Source of the DNA: Veleropilina oligotropha
Taxonomy: Eukaryota
Reading direction: 5' to 3'
Length of the DNA stretch: 64,000 nt
NCBI GenBank assembly: GCA_048128005.1
Contig: JBEUKZ010000130.1
Coordinates: 62,001 to 126,000 of the forward strand
Both the position numbers and the translations under genes were made by a program. Numbering within the stretch: the stretch's first letter is position 1; each line of letters starts with the position of its first letter. Positions 10,339 to 23,457 of the stretch are shown here, one piece after another. The notes below the pieces were generated by a model. It was not told where the DNA came from. It did not search any database and was given only the letters and a program-made list of their open reading frames with translations.

Positions 10339-12556
10339 ATGAAGCATTGCAGTGTTTCCGAGTGCCGACAGAAAATCCGTGGTTTTGACAAGCACTCCGA
10401 ATGCACTTTTCACCGTGTGTGTTCTAGCAGTAAGGACAATCCATGTGGGCATTGCGTTACACTGACGAATCGGCAGTGGGAGACTCTTTTTCCTTCGGAG
10501 AAGACAACCAGGGTATCTTCTTCCGAGGGGGCATCCACCGAGAAGCTCCAGAGGCTAGAGACAGGTTTTAATCCTTCACTTTCTCTTTCAGACCCTCTCG
10601 ACGGTAGCCGTGGTGGGCCCGACGACACCTCCGAGACTTTGGGGAAAGTCCCGGTCTCGTCGGGATCTCAGATTCAGGTAAGGGCCCGAGCGCCGACCGA
10701 TACCTCTCCTTTGGGCCTAGTAACCGCTGCTCAAAGTATCTTGCCGGCCAGTGAGATACATCGAGCGCCGCGGCGAAAAGCTGTACAGGGCAGACAAAAC
10801 CTTTCCTCTCCTCCGGCCTCGGAGGAGCAAGGCAGCGTTAGTCCTTCTGTGAGTCAAGTAACCTCGGAAACGAGGCGAAGGAGACTAGCAGAGAAAGTCG
10901 ATACAGTTGCTGGGCACCACGACCGTGGTCGAAGTCCCAGACGCTCGACGCAACCCGTCCTCTCGTCCGACAATGGCGCTAGCTTAAAGGCTAATTCCGC
11001 CACTGTCGGGGCCCACGAGAGTGATGGAAGGCCAACCTCCTCTGACGGTTCTTTTCAAGACGTCCCGGGTGGTGTGGTAGGACCGGCTGCGTTCGGGGCT
11101 GAGGCCTACGGCGGGTATACCCCCGTGCCTCACCCGAGCAGGGTTACAGACCCGTATGGACTGTGGTCGCAGTCTTACGGGTCGCTCGCACCGTTTAACG
11201 CGCCTCCGGGCCGTTTCCCTGGTAGCGGTTTCCCGACAGGTAACCCGAGTCCCTGGTACTCGGCTCCACCTGTCCGTGCAGCCCGTCAACCATGCGCTAC
11301 GGTATCCTCGAGCGGACCAATGGCTGTTGGTCCGACGTCCGTCATGCCTCCGGGTTTCTCTCTTGAGAGCGTCCAGGCTATGATTGCGATGGAAGTCGAG
11401 GCACGTTGTAGGTCCTGGCAACCGGCTACCCAGCCGCCCCAGGTCCCAACGTCTCTGACCGTAACGCCGGGCTCGGCTCATGCTTCGGTGATGGAAGTCG
11501 ATCCTCGTTCCGACGAGGACAGTGCTTCTACTCACTCTGACCTCCCTGAATCGGTCGGACCAGACGACTCTTGTAGTCAGTCGGGCACGCATGAGACCAT
11601 CTCCGCCACCCGCAGAAGATACGACGCTGTCGCGTCGCTTCGCGGGGTGCTAGACTTGCCAGACCCGGCTCTGCCGGTAGGCTTCGTCAAGCACAGGACA
11701 GCGGCACGTCGTTTTGATGGGCCGGAAGCCCCCCTGCTTCCTACCCTACCCCAGTCTGGGTTGGTCTCGCTCGTCCTCGACTCGGCGACCAAATCCATTC
11801 AGGGACCCAAATCGGTGGAGACTTCCTCATTAACAGAGTACCCTCGTGGTCTCCGTAAAGGGAAGTACCTCCGACCCGGTAAGCGTCCGATTTCGATCGG
11901 ATGCTCTGGGGCGTGTCTGGAGACTGAGCCGGTTCAGATCGATGCAGCGATGCGTCGACTGTCGGCCAGCACAGCTCCCTCAGTGGTCAAAGTCCCATGG
12001 GTCGCCATGGAGGGCTTTGAGAGCTCCGCTCGTCGGGCTCTACGGCATGCCTCTATCCAGGATTTTTTCCTAGACGGAGCCATTACCGTACTACAAGAGA
12101 ACGGACCCCGCGCTCGTGAGATCGCACTGTCCTTTCTCGAAGAGGTTGCCGCCTCCACGGAGCACTCCGCGTCGGAGTCAGCCCGATCCTTAGGCAATGC
12201 TGTCCTACTTCGTAGAGACGCTTGCCTAGACGGCACCACCCTAGACGACGCCACCCGGCTGTCTCTACGTTGTGTACCGTTGTCGGCCTCTACTCTCTTC
12301 GGCGACAAATTCCCCGAATTTGTCGAGAAGCGAGCGGCTGACCTCAAGGATCGCGCAATCGAGAAGGCAGTCTTGGCTACTCCTCGGAGCACGCCGACTG
12401 CTACCTCTAGGAAGCGCTCGAGACCGTCCCGGTCTCATACGCCTTCCAAGCGTGCTAAACCTTCGCCGGGTCGGCCTTCTCAGGCCAACAAACCTGTTGC
12501 GAAGAAAGCACCTCCGACGAAATCCCGTCAGCGGGAGAGGGAAGCCGCGGCCCTAG
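10339..12556 (+). CDS. DIRS ORF1 (gag-like) of copy B; 5-nt deletion near 12530 shifts the last codons
   Basis: ATG at 10339; N-terminal Cys/His cluster CSVSEC..DKHSEC..H..C...PCGHC; basic C-terminus; the native end SGRGKPRP* matches copy C. Confidence 0.85.
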
Positions 12557-14640
12557 GGTTGCCGGCACTCGCGACGAGCTCAGTTGCACGCTTCCGCCGG
12601 TGGGAGCGTGTCTGTCAGAGTACAGCCTGTCCTGGCTAGAAATGACAGAGGACAACTGGGTTCACTCAGTCGTGAGTGCCGGATACAAGTTGGCATTCGA
12701 CCGGCATCCAACCCTAGACGCGACACCACCACCAGGACGCGCTCGTCTCCTGATAGGAGAGAAACAAGCCGTCCTAGACCAGGCAGTGCGGGATTTACTC
12801 TCCAAGAGAGCGATCTATCCCGCGCCGCCCAGCACACCAGGATATTACAGCCACTTTTTCCTGGTCCCGAAACCCGGTGGCCGTTGGCGACCGATGGCGA
12901 CCGATCCTCGATCTGTCGTTCCTCAACCAGTATCTTCGTACCGAGAAGTTCAAGCAAGAAACACTCTCGAAGATACGAACGGCCATCCGTCCGGGCGACT
13001 GGGCAGCGTCTATCGACTTAACCGATGCGTACCTACACGTTCCGATGCATGTCTCGGCTCACCGGTACCTACGGTTTGTTCACGGGGGAACGATCTACCA
13101 ATTCAGGTGTCTACCGTTCGGTCTATCGTCAGCCCCGTACGTCTTCACGCGGGTAGTACAGGCTCTAGGGGCCTTCCTACACTCGCAAGGGCACAGGGTA
13201 CATATGTACCTCGACGACTGGTTGATTCTCGGGGCGTCCCGGGATCGGTGCCTCCAGTCTATGAGCGTTACCCTGTCATCGGCGAAGCGCCTGGGATTAC
13301 AGATCAACAACGACAAATCCTGCTTCGTGCCCTCGACGACGTTTATATTTCTAGGGGTCGAATTCGACACGGTCCGGTACACCGCGAAACCGACTCAGAA
13401 ACGTATAGAGAACCTACGCGCAGTTATACTAGAAACAAAGTCTTCACGGATAACTACAGCGCGACGACTGGCCACTGTCCTAGGGCACATCGAGTCGGTA
13501 GCTCCCCTGTTACCGACGGGTCGCATGGACAAGCGACCGTTGCAGCAGGCCTTCAAGGACCGCTGGATACAACGTACGGGACAGTGGACGGATCGCATCG
13601 ATCTACGGCATTGGTTCAATCGCACGACAGCAGTGTGGTTGAACACTACCCTGCCGAGCCAGTCGGTTCCAATATCCCCCCCAGACCCGAACGCCTACCT
13701 CTTCACGGACGCGTCAAACGAGGGCTGGGGTGGTCACTTCGACAGTCACGAGACATCGGGCCTCTGGCCTCCGGACCTTCAGGGACGACACATCAACTTC
13801 CTAGAGTTAGAAGCCGTCTACCTGTCAGTGCAGTCCCTCTCGTCACATCTCCGAAACAAGCACATAATGCTAGCAACGGACAACACGACTGTCGTCGCTT
13901 ACATCCAGCACCAGGGCGGCACTCGCTCCCGTCCGCTTTGCGACCGAGCGATCGACCTACACCGCCTAGTGATGTCACTCAACTCGTCAATTCGAGCCCG
14001 ACACATCCCGGGGAAGCTGAATGTCAGAGCGGATACGCTCTCTCGGAAAACACAGATTATACACACAGAGTGGATGCTACACGCCCGTGTAGCCCGAGAT
14101 GTCTGTCGCCTGTGGTCGACGCCTCAAGTCGATCTATTCGCAACCGAATACAATCACCGACTCCCTCTCTATGTGTCTCCTTACCCGGACCCGGCCGCTA
14201 TAGCGGTCGACGCTCTGTCAATGAGATGGGAGAATCTGATCGCCTACGCCTTCCCACCGTCGTGCATGTTGGCACAAGTACTACGGAAAGCGACCCGCGA
14301 AGACTGCGAGTTGACGCTTATAGCACCTCTACAACGCACGCAGTCCTGGTTTCCGACACTTCTGGATCTACTCATCGATCAGCTGCGAGCGCTACCGCAG
14401 ATGACAGACCTGTTATCGCAACCGCGCAGTCGGGTTCTACACCCGTCGGCGAACGAGTTTCACTTTCACGCCTGGCGACTATCGAGAGATCGCTCATTAA
14501 GAAAGGCTTTTCTAGAGCGACAGCCCAGCGCATTTACCGATCTAGAAGACAATCTACAACAAGGGTATATGACTACCGATGGAAAAAGTTTGTGGATTGG
14601 TGTCGCGGGCGGCAAGTCAATATATTCCGCCCCCCTGTGA
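12557..14640 (+). pseudogene. DIRS pol of copy B, frameshifted by a 10-bp tandem duplication (TGGCGACCGA at 12885-12904); start approximate
   Basis: The N-terminal part (PVGACL..WVHSVV..GY) is in the 12600 frame and the remainder in the 12877 frame; copy A has a single TGGCGACCGA. Confidence 0.9.
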
Positions 14641-15553
14641 CAAAATTTATCGAGTTCTTATCGTCGTTGCTAGAACGGGGAATGTCAATTTCCGCAGTCA
14701 AAGGCTACCGTTCATGCGTAGCTACAACGTTACGGCAATGCCGCGAGCACACCCGCTTGTCTACCGACAAAACTATATCGGACTTCATACGCTCCTATCA
14801 ACTCGAACGGCCCATTCAGCGGGTGCGACCGCCCGCTTGGAATGTTTTGTTAGTTCTCAATGCTTTACTTAGATGCCCGTACGAGCCTATGAGTGATTGT
14901 TCCCCCAAAATCTTACTTATAAGACCGTATTTCTTACCGCGCTCGCCACCGGTAACAGGGCATCGGAGATACACGCTTTATCCGGAGAGCTTCGAGACAT
15001 ACACTTCCACACCAATGGGTCGGTGACGCTGCATACTGTCCTTGGCTTCCTAGCGAAGACACAACGACCTGACGATATCAGTCCCGAGGTTTGTATCCGT
15101 AACCTCTCCATGCTGGATAGAAATGATATCGACCGCCTCAACTGCCCGGTCCGCGCGTTGAGATTCTACCTGGATAAGACCCGAGACCTACGGCACGGTA
15201 AAAAGCGTTTATTCGTTAGCCATATGCCTCAATTCCACCGCGACATTCGCAAATCGACTGTTTCACGTTGGATAGTCTCTGTTGTAAAAGAGATTTACTC
15301 TCGGTCCAATGAGCCAGAACGAGATCTCGTTTCAATTCACGCGCACGAGACACGTGCAGTTGCCACTTCGCTTGCCTTCAAATATAATTTGAATATCAAT
15401 GAAATCTTAAAGGCTTGTTACTGGAAGAACGCAAATACCTTTGTTCGCTTTTACCTGCATGATTATGCGACCACGGCTGAGGGTGAACATCGGATTTCCT
15501 TTGTGGCGGCAGGACAACAATGTATCACGGGATCTGGGTCATCCCGACAGTGA
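12557..15553 (+). pseudogene. DIRS ORF3/tyrosine recombinase of copy B, broken by the 10-bp duplication and a 1-nt deletion near 14905
   Basis: ORF pieces 12584-, 12600-15026 and 14897-15553 join into the copy A YR protein. Confidence 0.88.
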
Positions 15554-16338
15554 TTGGTTTTAGGAATTTTACCAGACACTGAGGTAATATAATGTAATTC
15601 TATTTGTGTACATTGAAATCACCATTAGAATTTACTCCAATGTATTTCTTTCTTAAACTGATTAAGAAATTGAATTTATTTATTCATACTGAGTTAATAT
15701 GAAGCAATGCCCACATTGGATGTAGACATTTATATTATTAAAGCTTAAAATGTTTTTTGTAAATAATATTATTTCTTAAAATGTTCTCTTTGCTGTCGCA
15801 GAACATTTCAATGTGCGTACATTGAGAAATTTTAATATTATTCTCTACTTAAAATTATTTAAGTAACATGTATCATGTTGACATTTTGCAAGTTAGACAT
15901 GCAAAAATTTATTATTCAAGATGAAGTTATTGAAATTTTCTTCAATCTATTGATAATTGTCACGGTTTTATAACACTATCTACCTGCCTAGGTTCGGGTG
16001 CTTCTAAAAACCACGTCTTGCAGTTTTCTGTCTGCCGACCTTTGAGTCCGGAATATTCAGATCACTGTCTTTGCTCATGACACGAGTGCCTCAAGGTATA
16101 CCTTCCGCCGGTGTCCGGAGCTACATGCACTTTCGTGTTACCTGTCCGACTAACATCCCTGGCGTGTTTTCCCAGATTTCTTGGTCGAAATCTCACCTCG
16201 GGGTAAGGGTAGATTTGATGCTCAGTAAAATCCACTCTGAACGGACTCTATCTCAACGCTAAAGCGTCGTCTTCAGGTAACAAGTAAGTTTTAATTTTGG
16301 TGTATGGAACTTATAACTCCGCCAACCAAAGTTATTCT

Positions 16339-16428
16339 TGGCATTAGTAAGGACGTAAGTATATTTGATATAGATATGAGGATTAAGAGTAATCCCTTGT
16401 ATCTATAATAATATACTTACGTCCTTAC
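16339..16428 (+). repeat. ICR of DIRS copy B
   Basis: Complementary to both element termini. Confidence 0.93.
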
Positions 16429-16492
16429 CCACTTGGCCCACCCTGCTTCGCACCTCCCCTCTTATATAAGTTCTTTGTCTTGGGGTTTGCAT

Positions 16493-16725
16493 AAACTTCG
16501 GATGAGGTCTTGACCCTTGGGTCACGAGGATCTCGCGGGAGTTGGCGAGCTCTTAATAGACATGAACTGGAGCAGGTCACTGGGTCAGCTGGGTTCAATT
16601 TACTAAAAAGTGCGAAATTACCATTTCCACCTTGTCCGGATTTAGCGATAATAGGCTTATTATGGCATTAGTAAGGACGTAAGTATATTATTATAGATAC
16701 AAGGGATTACTCTTAATCCTCATTT
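16493..16725 (+). repeat. Right ITR plus extension of DIRS copy B
   Basis: Inverted copy of the left ITR; ends CCTCA-TTT. Confidence 0.92.
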
Positions 16726-17820
16726 TTGTGTATTTCTATGAAATTTATTGTCAATGTATGTATGCGTTCACAAGGTTGTTACCTTCAGTGAGTAGTTCAG
16801 ACTTTTTAGTGCATGTAAAACTGGAGAATAATGAACCCTTCACTGGATAATGGCATTGTTGTATGTGCTACTATATGTAGTTACAAACATACTTACTTCC
16901 TTACTCTTGCCATAATAGTCATATTATCGCCAACCGGATACAGTGAATAGTCACATTTATGCACTTATTAAGTCAAAACACACCACGATCACCTCCCCTG
17001 CTCCCCCTCTCCAAGTTCCCCCGGCGAGATCTCGCCAAGTCTCGCGAGATATCCGAGCTCGAGATCACAAGACCTCAATTCAAAGTTTTCCGCCGTGACG
17101 GAAAGACGTGTTTTTGCTCCGCAAATATTTCGAATTGTCTGCGATTTTTATGTTAAATCGAGGACGCTAATTAAGAAACTTATATCGTAATATAAGTTGT
17201 GGAATATACCCTGTGTTGTGGATATATAAACACAAGTGAATAGTGTAGATTGTGATTCTAAACTTCGAGAAGTTCTGGAAATCAAGTGAAACCGACATCG
17301 CCGCTGTTGCAGGGAAAAGCATGGCCGCTTAGAGGGGAAGTTTCGTGTAGTAGAAGAAATTTCTGGTCGGTATTTTTATCTGATATTGTTTGAGACTGCA
17401 AAACAGGTAACTCATTATATTGGATAATTCCTTAACGACGCTTATTGCTGGTAATTATTGTATAAATATTTAGCGTCGTTAAAAGGCAGGATTGTTTAGA
17501 TATCAACTTTAGTTATTCTGATATCCTGCCGTTACTGGGATAATACACCATTGTACTAATTTAAAAACATCCACAAGGTTTTCAGGTGTTTTCCTGGGCG
17601 GTTTTTTCTAAGAAAGAACCCCCGTTTGTTTAGTCTATGTGTCGGGTTTATTACCCGGCCTCTGTGTTCCCAGTTCGGGGTTATTTTGCGGTATATCGCC
17701 TGATCTTTGATCTTCAGATTAGGGCAATCTAAAAGTTGTTGTAGTAAAAGTCACAACTACCAAACATATACCTTTTTATCTACCCCGTTCCACCCACTAC
17801 CATCCTCCCGTGTATCAGCT

Positions 17821-19742
17821 ATGGTCCGGTGCAGTAGCTCCGGGTGTAACCAAAGAAGATTCACGGAATTTGATACGCACACGGAATGCCTCAAACGGGC
17901 CTAGTAACTGCAGCCAACCATACCTTGCCGGCTAGCAAGGTATAACTGGCAGTGCGGCGAACCGCTGAACAGGGCAGACAATCCCCTTCCTATTCTTCGG
18001 CCTCGAAGAATACGGGGAACGTTAGTCCTTCTGCGGGAAACTCTCCGTTTAACGACGGAGAGCAACCCAATGAGAAAGCCAATAAAGAGGCCGGACACCA
18101 TTACGATGGTCTAAGATCCGGACAATTGGCGACGCCTGAAACCTCGTCCGAGACCGACGCGACTAACCCTCGGGTTTTTCCGCTCAACCTCGGAGCTCAC
18201 GACTGTTTCAGAGGGCCCGTTCTCTCACGTGCACCCACGATGGTCACGCTAGAGAACGTGGACAGACCGGCTGCGTTCGGTGAGGGGTTCTACGGCGGTT
18301 TTCCGACCGTGCCTCTCGCGAACAGAGCGGTAGACCGATACGGACTGTTGCCGCAGTCCTACCGGTCGTCCGGCCCACCGAACGCGCCTTCGGGCCGTTC
18401 TTTCGGGTTCGACCGCTCGACAAGTGCCCCGAGACCCTGGTTCTCGGCTCCACCTGTCCATGCAGCCCGTCTACCTAGCGCCACGGTATCCTCGACAGAA
18501 CTACCGGCTGTTAGTTCGACGCCCGTCCTGCCTCAGGGTTTCTCTTTAGAGAACGTCCAGGCATGGATCGCGGCGGGGTTCGAGGCCCAATGTAAGGACT
18601 GGCCGACGGCTCCCCAGCCGCGCCTGTTACCTACATTTCTGCCCATGGCGCAGAGCACGGCTCCTGCCTCCGTGATGGAGATCGACCCTCGTTCCGACGA
18701 GGACCTCGATTCTTATCACTCCGACCTCCCTGAATCGGTCGGGCCCGAAGACGCAAGTCTTTCAGGCACGCAGGAGCCGACCTCCACCACCCGCCGAAGG
18801 CTCGACGCCGTTGCGTCACTTCGCGGGGTGCTTGGCTTGCCGGAACCGACTCGGTCGGACGTAGGCTCGGTCAAGCACAGGACGGCGGCACATCGGTTTG
18901 TTGCGAAGGAAGCCCCCTTGCTTCCTTCCTTACCTCAGTCTGGGCTTGTTGATCTGGTGGTAGACTCGACAACGAAGCTCATTCAGGGGCGCAATCCGGT
19001 GGAGTCCTCCCCATTGACGGAGTTCCCTTCGGGGTTCCGTAGTGGGAGGTACTTCCGGGCCAGTTCGCGTTCGATCCCGTTCGCATGTACTGGTCCGTGC
19101 CTGGCGACTGAGCGGCTCGTGTTGACGCAGCGATGCGTCGACTGACCGCCAGTCACACTCCCTCTGTAGCGAAAGTTCCTTGGTCCGCCTTGGAAGCTTC
19201 GAGAGCTCCGCCCGACGGGCTCTGCGGCTGTCGTCCGTTCAGGAGTTTTTCCTAGACGGGGCGATAGCCGTATTACAGGAGGACGGACCCGGCAACCGTG
19301 GGCTGCCCTGTCCTTCCTCCAGGAGGTTGCTGCCGTTATGGAGACCAGCGCGTTGGAGACGGGACGTGTGCTGGGTAACGCACTCCTACTTCGTAGGGTC
19401 GCTTACCTTGAAGGCACCTCGCTAGATGAGGCCACCCGGCGCTCATTGCGATGCGTGCCTTGCTTGGCCACCACTCTATTTGGCGACAATTTCTCGGAAT
19501 TCGTCGACAAGAGAGCGGCGGACCTGAAGGACCGTGCCATCGAGAAGGCGATGCTGCACCCCACCCGGGGTCCACCCGCCGACTCGAGGAAGCGTTCAGG
19601 GCCCACCCGGACCCCGAAGCCTTCTAAGCGTGCAAAGCCCTCTTCTGGTGGTAGGCCTCCGGCCATTAAACCCACTCGGAGGAGGCAAGCACCTCCAACG
19701 AAATCCCGTCAGCAGAGCGGGAGAGGGAAGCCTCGGCCCTAG
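17821..19742 (+). pseudogene. DIRS gag of copy C (internal deletion and frameshifts)
   Basis: MVRCSSSGC..FDTHTEC start; pieces 17952-19145, 19180- and 19338-19742 align to copy B gag (HSDLPESVGP, KRAADLKDRAIEKA). Confidence 0.85.
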
Positions 19743-22595
19743 GGCTGCCGGCACACACGACGATCCCAGCTGCCCGCTTCCGCCGGTGGAAGCGTGTCTG
19801 TTAGCGTACAGCCAGCCGTGGCTAGAACTAACAGACAGCACCTGGGTCCACTCAGTCGTGAATGCCGGATACAAGTTGGTATTCAACCGGCATCCGACCC
19901 TAACCGAGGCACCACAACCAAGCCGCGCTCGCCCTCTGCAAGGCGAGAAACAAGCGGTCTTAGACCAGGCAGTGCGGGACTTACTCCTCAAAGGAGCGAT
20001 ATATCCCGCGCCGCCCAGCACACCAGGATTTACAGCCATTTCTTCCTGGTCCCGAGACCCGATGGCCGCTGACGACCGATCCTCGATCTCTCGTATGTCA
20101 ACCGATATCTTCGTACCGAGAATTCCGGCAAGAAACCCTCTCGAAGATACGAGCGGCCATCCGTCCGGGCGACTGGGCAGAGTCTATCGATCTGACCGAC
20201 GCGCATCTGCATATCACGGCTCATCAGTACCTTCGGTTTATACACGGGGAGACGATCTACCATTCAGGTGCCTACCGTTCGGTCTATCGTCAGCCCCGTA
20301 CGTCTTCACGAGAACAGTACAGGCCCTCGGAGCCTTCCTACACTCTCTAGGGCACAGGGTACATATGTACCTCGACGACTGGCTGATCCTCGGGGCGTCC
20401 CGGGATCTGTGCCTCCGGTCTACGAGCTTTACCCTGTCATCGACGAAGCGCCTGGGATTTCAGATCAACGAGACAAAATCCTGCTTCGTGCCCTCGACGA
20501 CGTTTACGTCCCTCGGAGTCGACTTCGATACGGTCCGGTACACCGCGAAACCGACCCAGAAACGTATGCGGAACCTACGCGCGGTTATTCAAGACACCCT
20601 GTCATCGGAGATAACTACGGCGCGACAACTGGCCACTGTCCTAGGGCACATCGAGTCGGTAGCGACCCTGCTACCGACGGGTCGAATGGACAAACGACCG
20701 TTACAACAGGCGTTCAGGGATCGCTGGATACAACGGACGGGGCAGTGGACGGATCGCATCGATCTTCGGCATTGGTTTACCAACACAACAGCAGTGTGGT
20801 TGAACCCTGCTTTGCCGGACCAGTCGGTTCCTATATCCCCGCCAGAGCCGAACGCTTACCTGTTCACAGACGCTTCGAACGACGGCTGGGGTGGTCACCT
20901 CGACAGTTACGAGACATCAGGCCTATGGCCGACGGACCTTCAGGGATGACACATCAACTTCATAGAGTTAGAAGCGGTTTACCTGACAGTACGGTCCCTC
21001 TCGTCACATCTCCGACAAGCATATAATGCTCGCCACGGACAATACGACTGTCGTCGCATACATTCAACACCAGGGCGGCACTCGCTCGCATCCCCTTTAC
21101 GACCGAGCAATAGACCTACACCGCCTAGTGATGTCCCTCAACTCGACGATTCGAGCCCGACATCCCGGGAAAGCTGAATGGCAGAGCGGACTCGCTCTCT
21201 CGGAAATCACAGATTAACACACAGAGTGGACGGTACACAGCCGAGTAGCTCTGGACGTTTGTCGCCGGTGGTCACAATCCCAAGTCGATCTGTTTGCAAC
21301 ATAATTTAATTACCGACTACCTCTGTATGTCTCCCCGTACCCGGACCCGGCCGCCCTAGCGGTCGACGCGTTGTCAATGACATGGGAGAATCTGTCTGTG
21401 TATGCCTTCCCCCCGTCGTACATCCTGACGCTCGTACTACAAGAAGGCATCGAACGAACGTTGCGAGATAACGCTAATCGCGCCCCTGTATCGCACGCAA
21501 CCTTGGTTTCCGACCCTCCTCGATCGACCGTTAGCGCTCCCGCAAAGACCGGACCTGTTAATGCAGACGCGCAGTTGTGTATTACACCCGTCGCCGACGA
21601 CTTACGTTTACACGCCTGGCGGTTATCGAACGATCCCTCGCTAAGAAAGGATTTTCTCGCGCTACAGCCCTACGCATCTATCGATCGAGAAGGCTTTCCA
21701 CGTCTAAAGTTTATGACTACCGATGGGTTAAGTACGTGGATTGGTGTCACAGCCGGCAGGTCAATATTCTCCGCCCCCTGTGACCAAGTTTATCGAGTTT
21801 TTATCGTCGCTCTTTGATCGCGGAATGTCAGTGTCCGCCATCTAAGGCTATCGGGCAACGGTCGCTAGTGCCGTGCCCGTGTTCGCCTATCTTGCGACCG
21901 AACGATTTTGGATATTATACGATCCTTCGAACTCATATTCCGACCCGTACGATACGGCCGCCAGCCTGAAACATCGTTCTCATTCTTAACGCTCTCCTGC
22001 TACCCGTACGCCTATGGGCCCGGCCTCTATGAGGAACTACGCACAAAACGGATTTTTCTGATCGCCTTAGCGTCGGGCAGGCGTTGTTCCGAAATTCATA
22101 GTCTATCCGCAGAGCTACGAGACGTTCGTTTCCAGTCAGACGGGTCGGTGATGCGGCGTCTATCTTGGGTTTCCTCGCCAAGAATCCACGGCCGAACGAA
22201 GACGCACCCGACATCGTTATCCCCAAGCTTACGGCGTGGACCGACTACACTGTCATATGCGTGCCTTACGTTTCTACCTCGACAGGACCCGTGATATGCG
22301 GCAGGGAAAACTACGTCTATTTTATTCGTATTTACCTTCTTTACCCGCGACATTACGAAGACGACTGTTTCGCGGTGGTTTTCACATGTAGTGAGAGACT
22401 ACTCTCGCTGTGAAAAGTAGGCCGCACTATTTTGTATCGGTCCGCGCGCACGAGGTCCGTGCATTCGCAGCTAAACCTCTCAGCGTTGCTTCTAGAAATG
22501 TCTTTGTTAAACATTTCCTGCGGGATTACTCCTTGGGGCTGAGCAGTCTAACTGCTCAACGATGTATTATTAGACAAAGGTCGTCTAATCAGTGA
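19743..22595 (+). pseudogene. DIRS pol and YR of copy C, multiply disrupted
   Basis: LPFGLSSAP, YLDD, TDAS, YAFPP, ASGRRCSEIH and AHEVRA remnants in shifting frames. Confidence 0.88.
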
Positions 22596-23366
22596 GTAAT
22601 CTTTCTTGATTAATCAATTAAATACTTCGTGCTGATGCAGTGTTATTGTTATGCCTTGCTATTCTATGAAATAGACATTATGAGGCGATTCAATGTATGT
22701 TCATTTCTTAAAAACATTTTAAGATCTTGATATTTCATGTCATACCTGAGTATTTTGACAAGCCAGTTCACATTGAATTTAATAAACAATTATATTGCAA
22801 AAAGTCTTAAAAGATTTTGAGGTTCAATATTATTGATGTTCTATGCTGTATAGAACATACGATGTTCAAGACATTGAAAAAATTTATTTTTAAGTAACAT
22901 GTTGTACATGTTAGCCTTTCGCAAGTTGGTCATGCGAATCACTATTAATATCGATTATTTATAATAATCTATTAATTCTTTGCTTATGATTTGATATCTT
23001 CACTACCTAGCTATTAGGTTCCGTGTGCTTACAAATCCGACTGCTTCCTCTGGCTACCGGCCTATGGCCAGGAGTACCATTTGGCTGCCACTGGCCCATG
23101 ACACGTAAGACCTACAAGGATAATCCTTCCGGCCGTGCCTGGGGCTGATTGCACTTCCGTTCACCTTGTCCGGCTAACACCACGGCGTATTCTCCCGGTT
23201 TCACTGGTCGAGATTCTCGCTTGGTAAGGGTAGAATAATACTCAGTAAATTCCACTCTGGGCGGACACAATCGACGCTTCATGCTGATTGAGTTGGTGAA
23301 AAGTAAGTCATAATCTTGTTTGGGTTTGTTGTAAGGAACTTCTTACCCACCTATCCAAGGTCATTC

Positions 23367-23457
23367 TGGCAAGAGTAAGGACGTAAGTATGTTTGTAACT
23401 ACATATGAGGTTTTTAAGTAAACCTAATATTAGTATAAAACATACTTACGTCCTTAC
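23367..23457 (+). repeat. ICR of DIRS copy C
   Basis: Complementary to its own termini (16874.. and ..23759). Confidence 0.92.

Larger units (their letters stand above)
9324..16725 (+). mobile_element. Full-length DIRS1-type retrotransposon, copy B (7.4 kb, three frameshifting lesions)
   Basis: Left ITR 9324-9540, gag, pol, YR, ICR 16339-16428, right ITR 16493-16725; no TSD. Confidence 0.97.

Noticed and set aside
12600..15026. 808-aa ORF as a genuine RT-YR fusion protein
   Set aside because: Produced by the 10-bp duplication joining the pol frame to the ORF3 frame; absent from copy A
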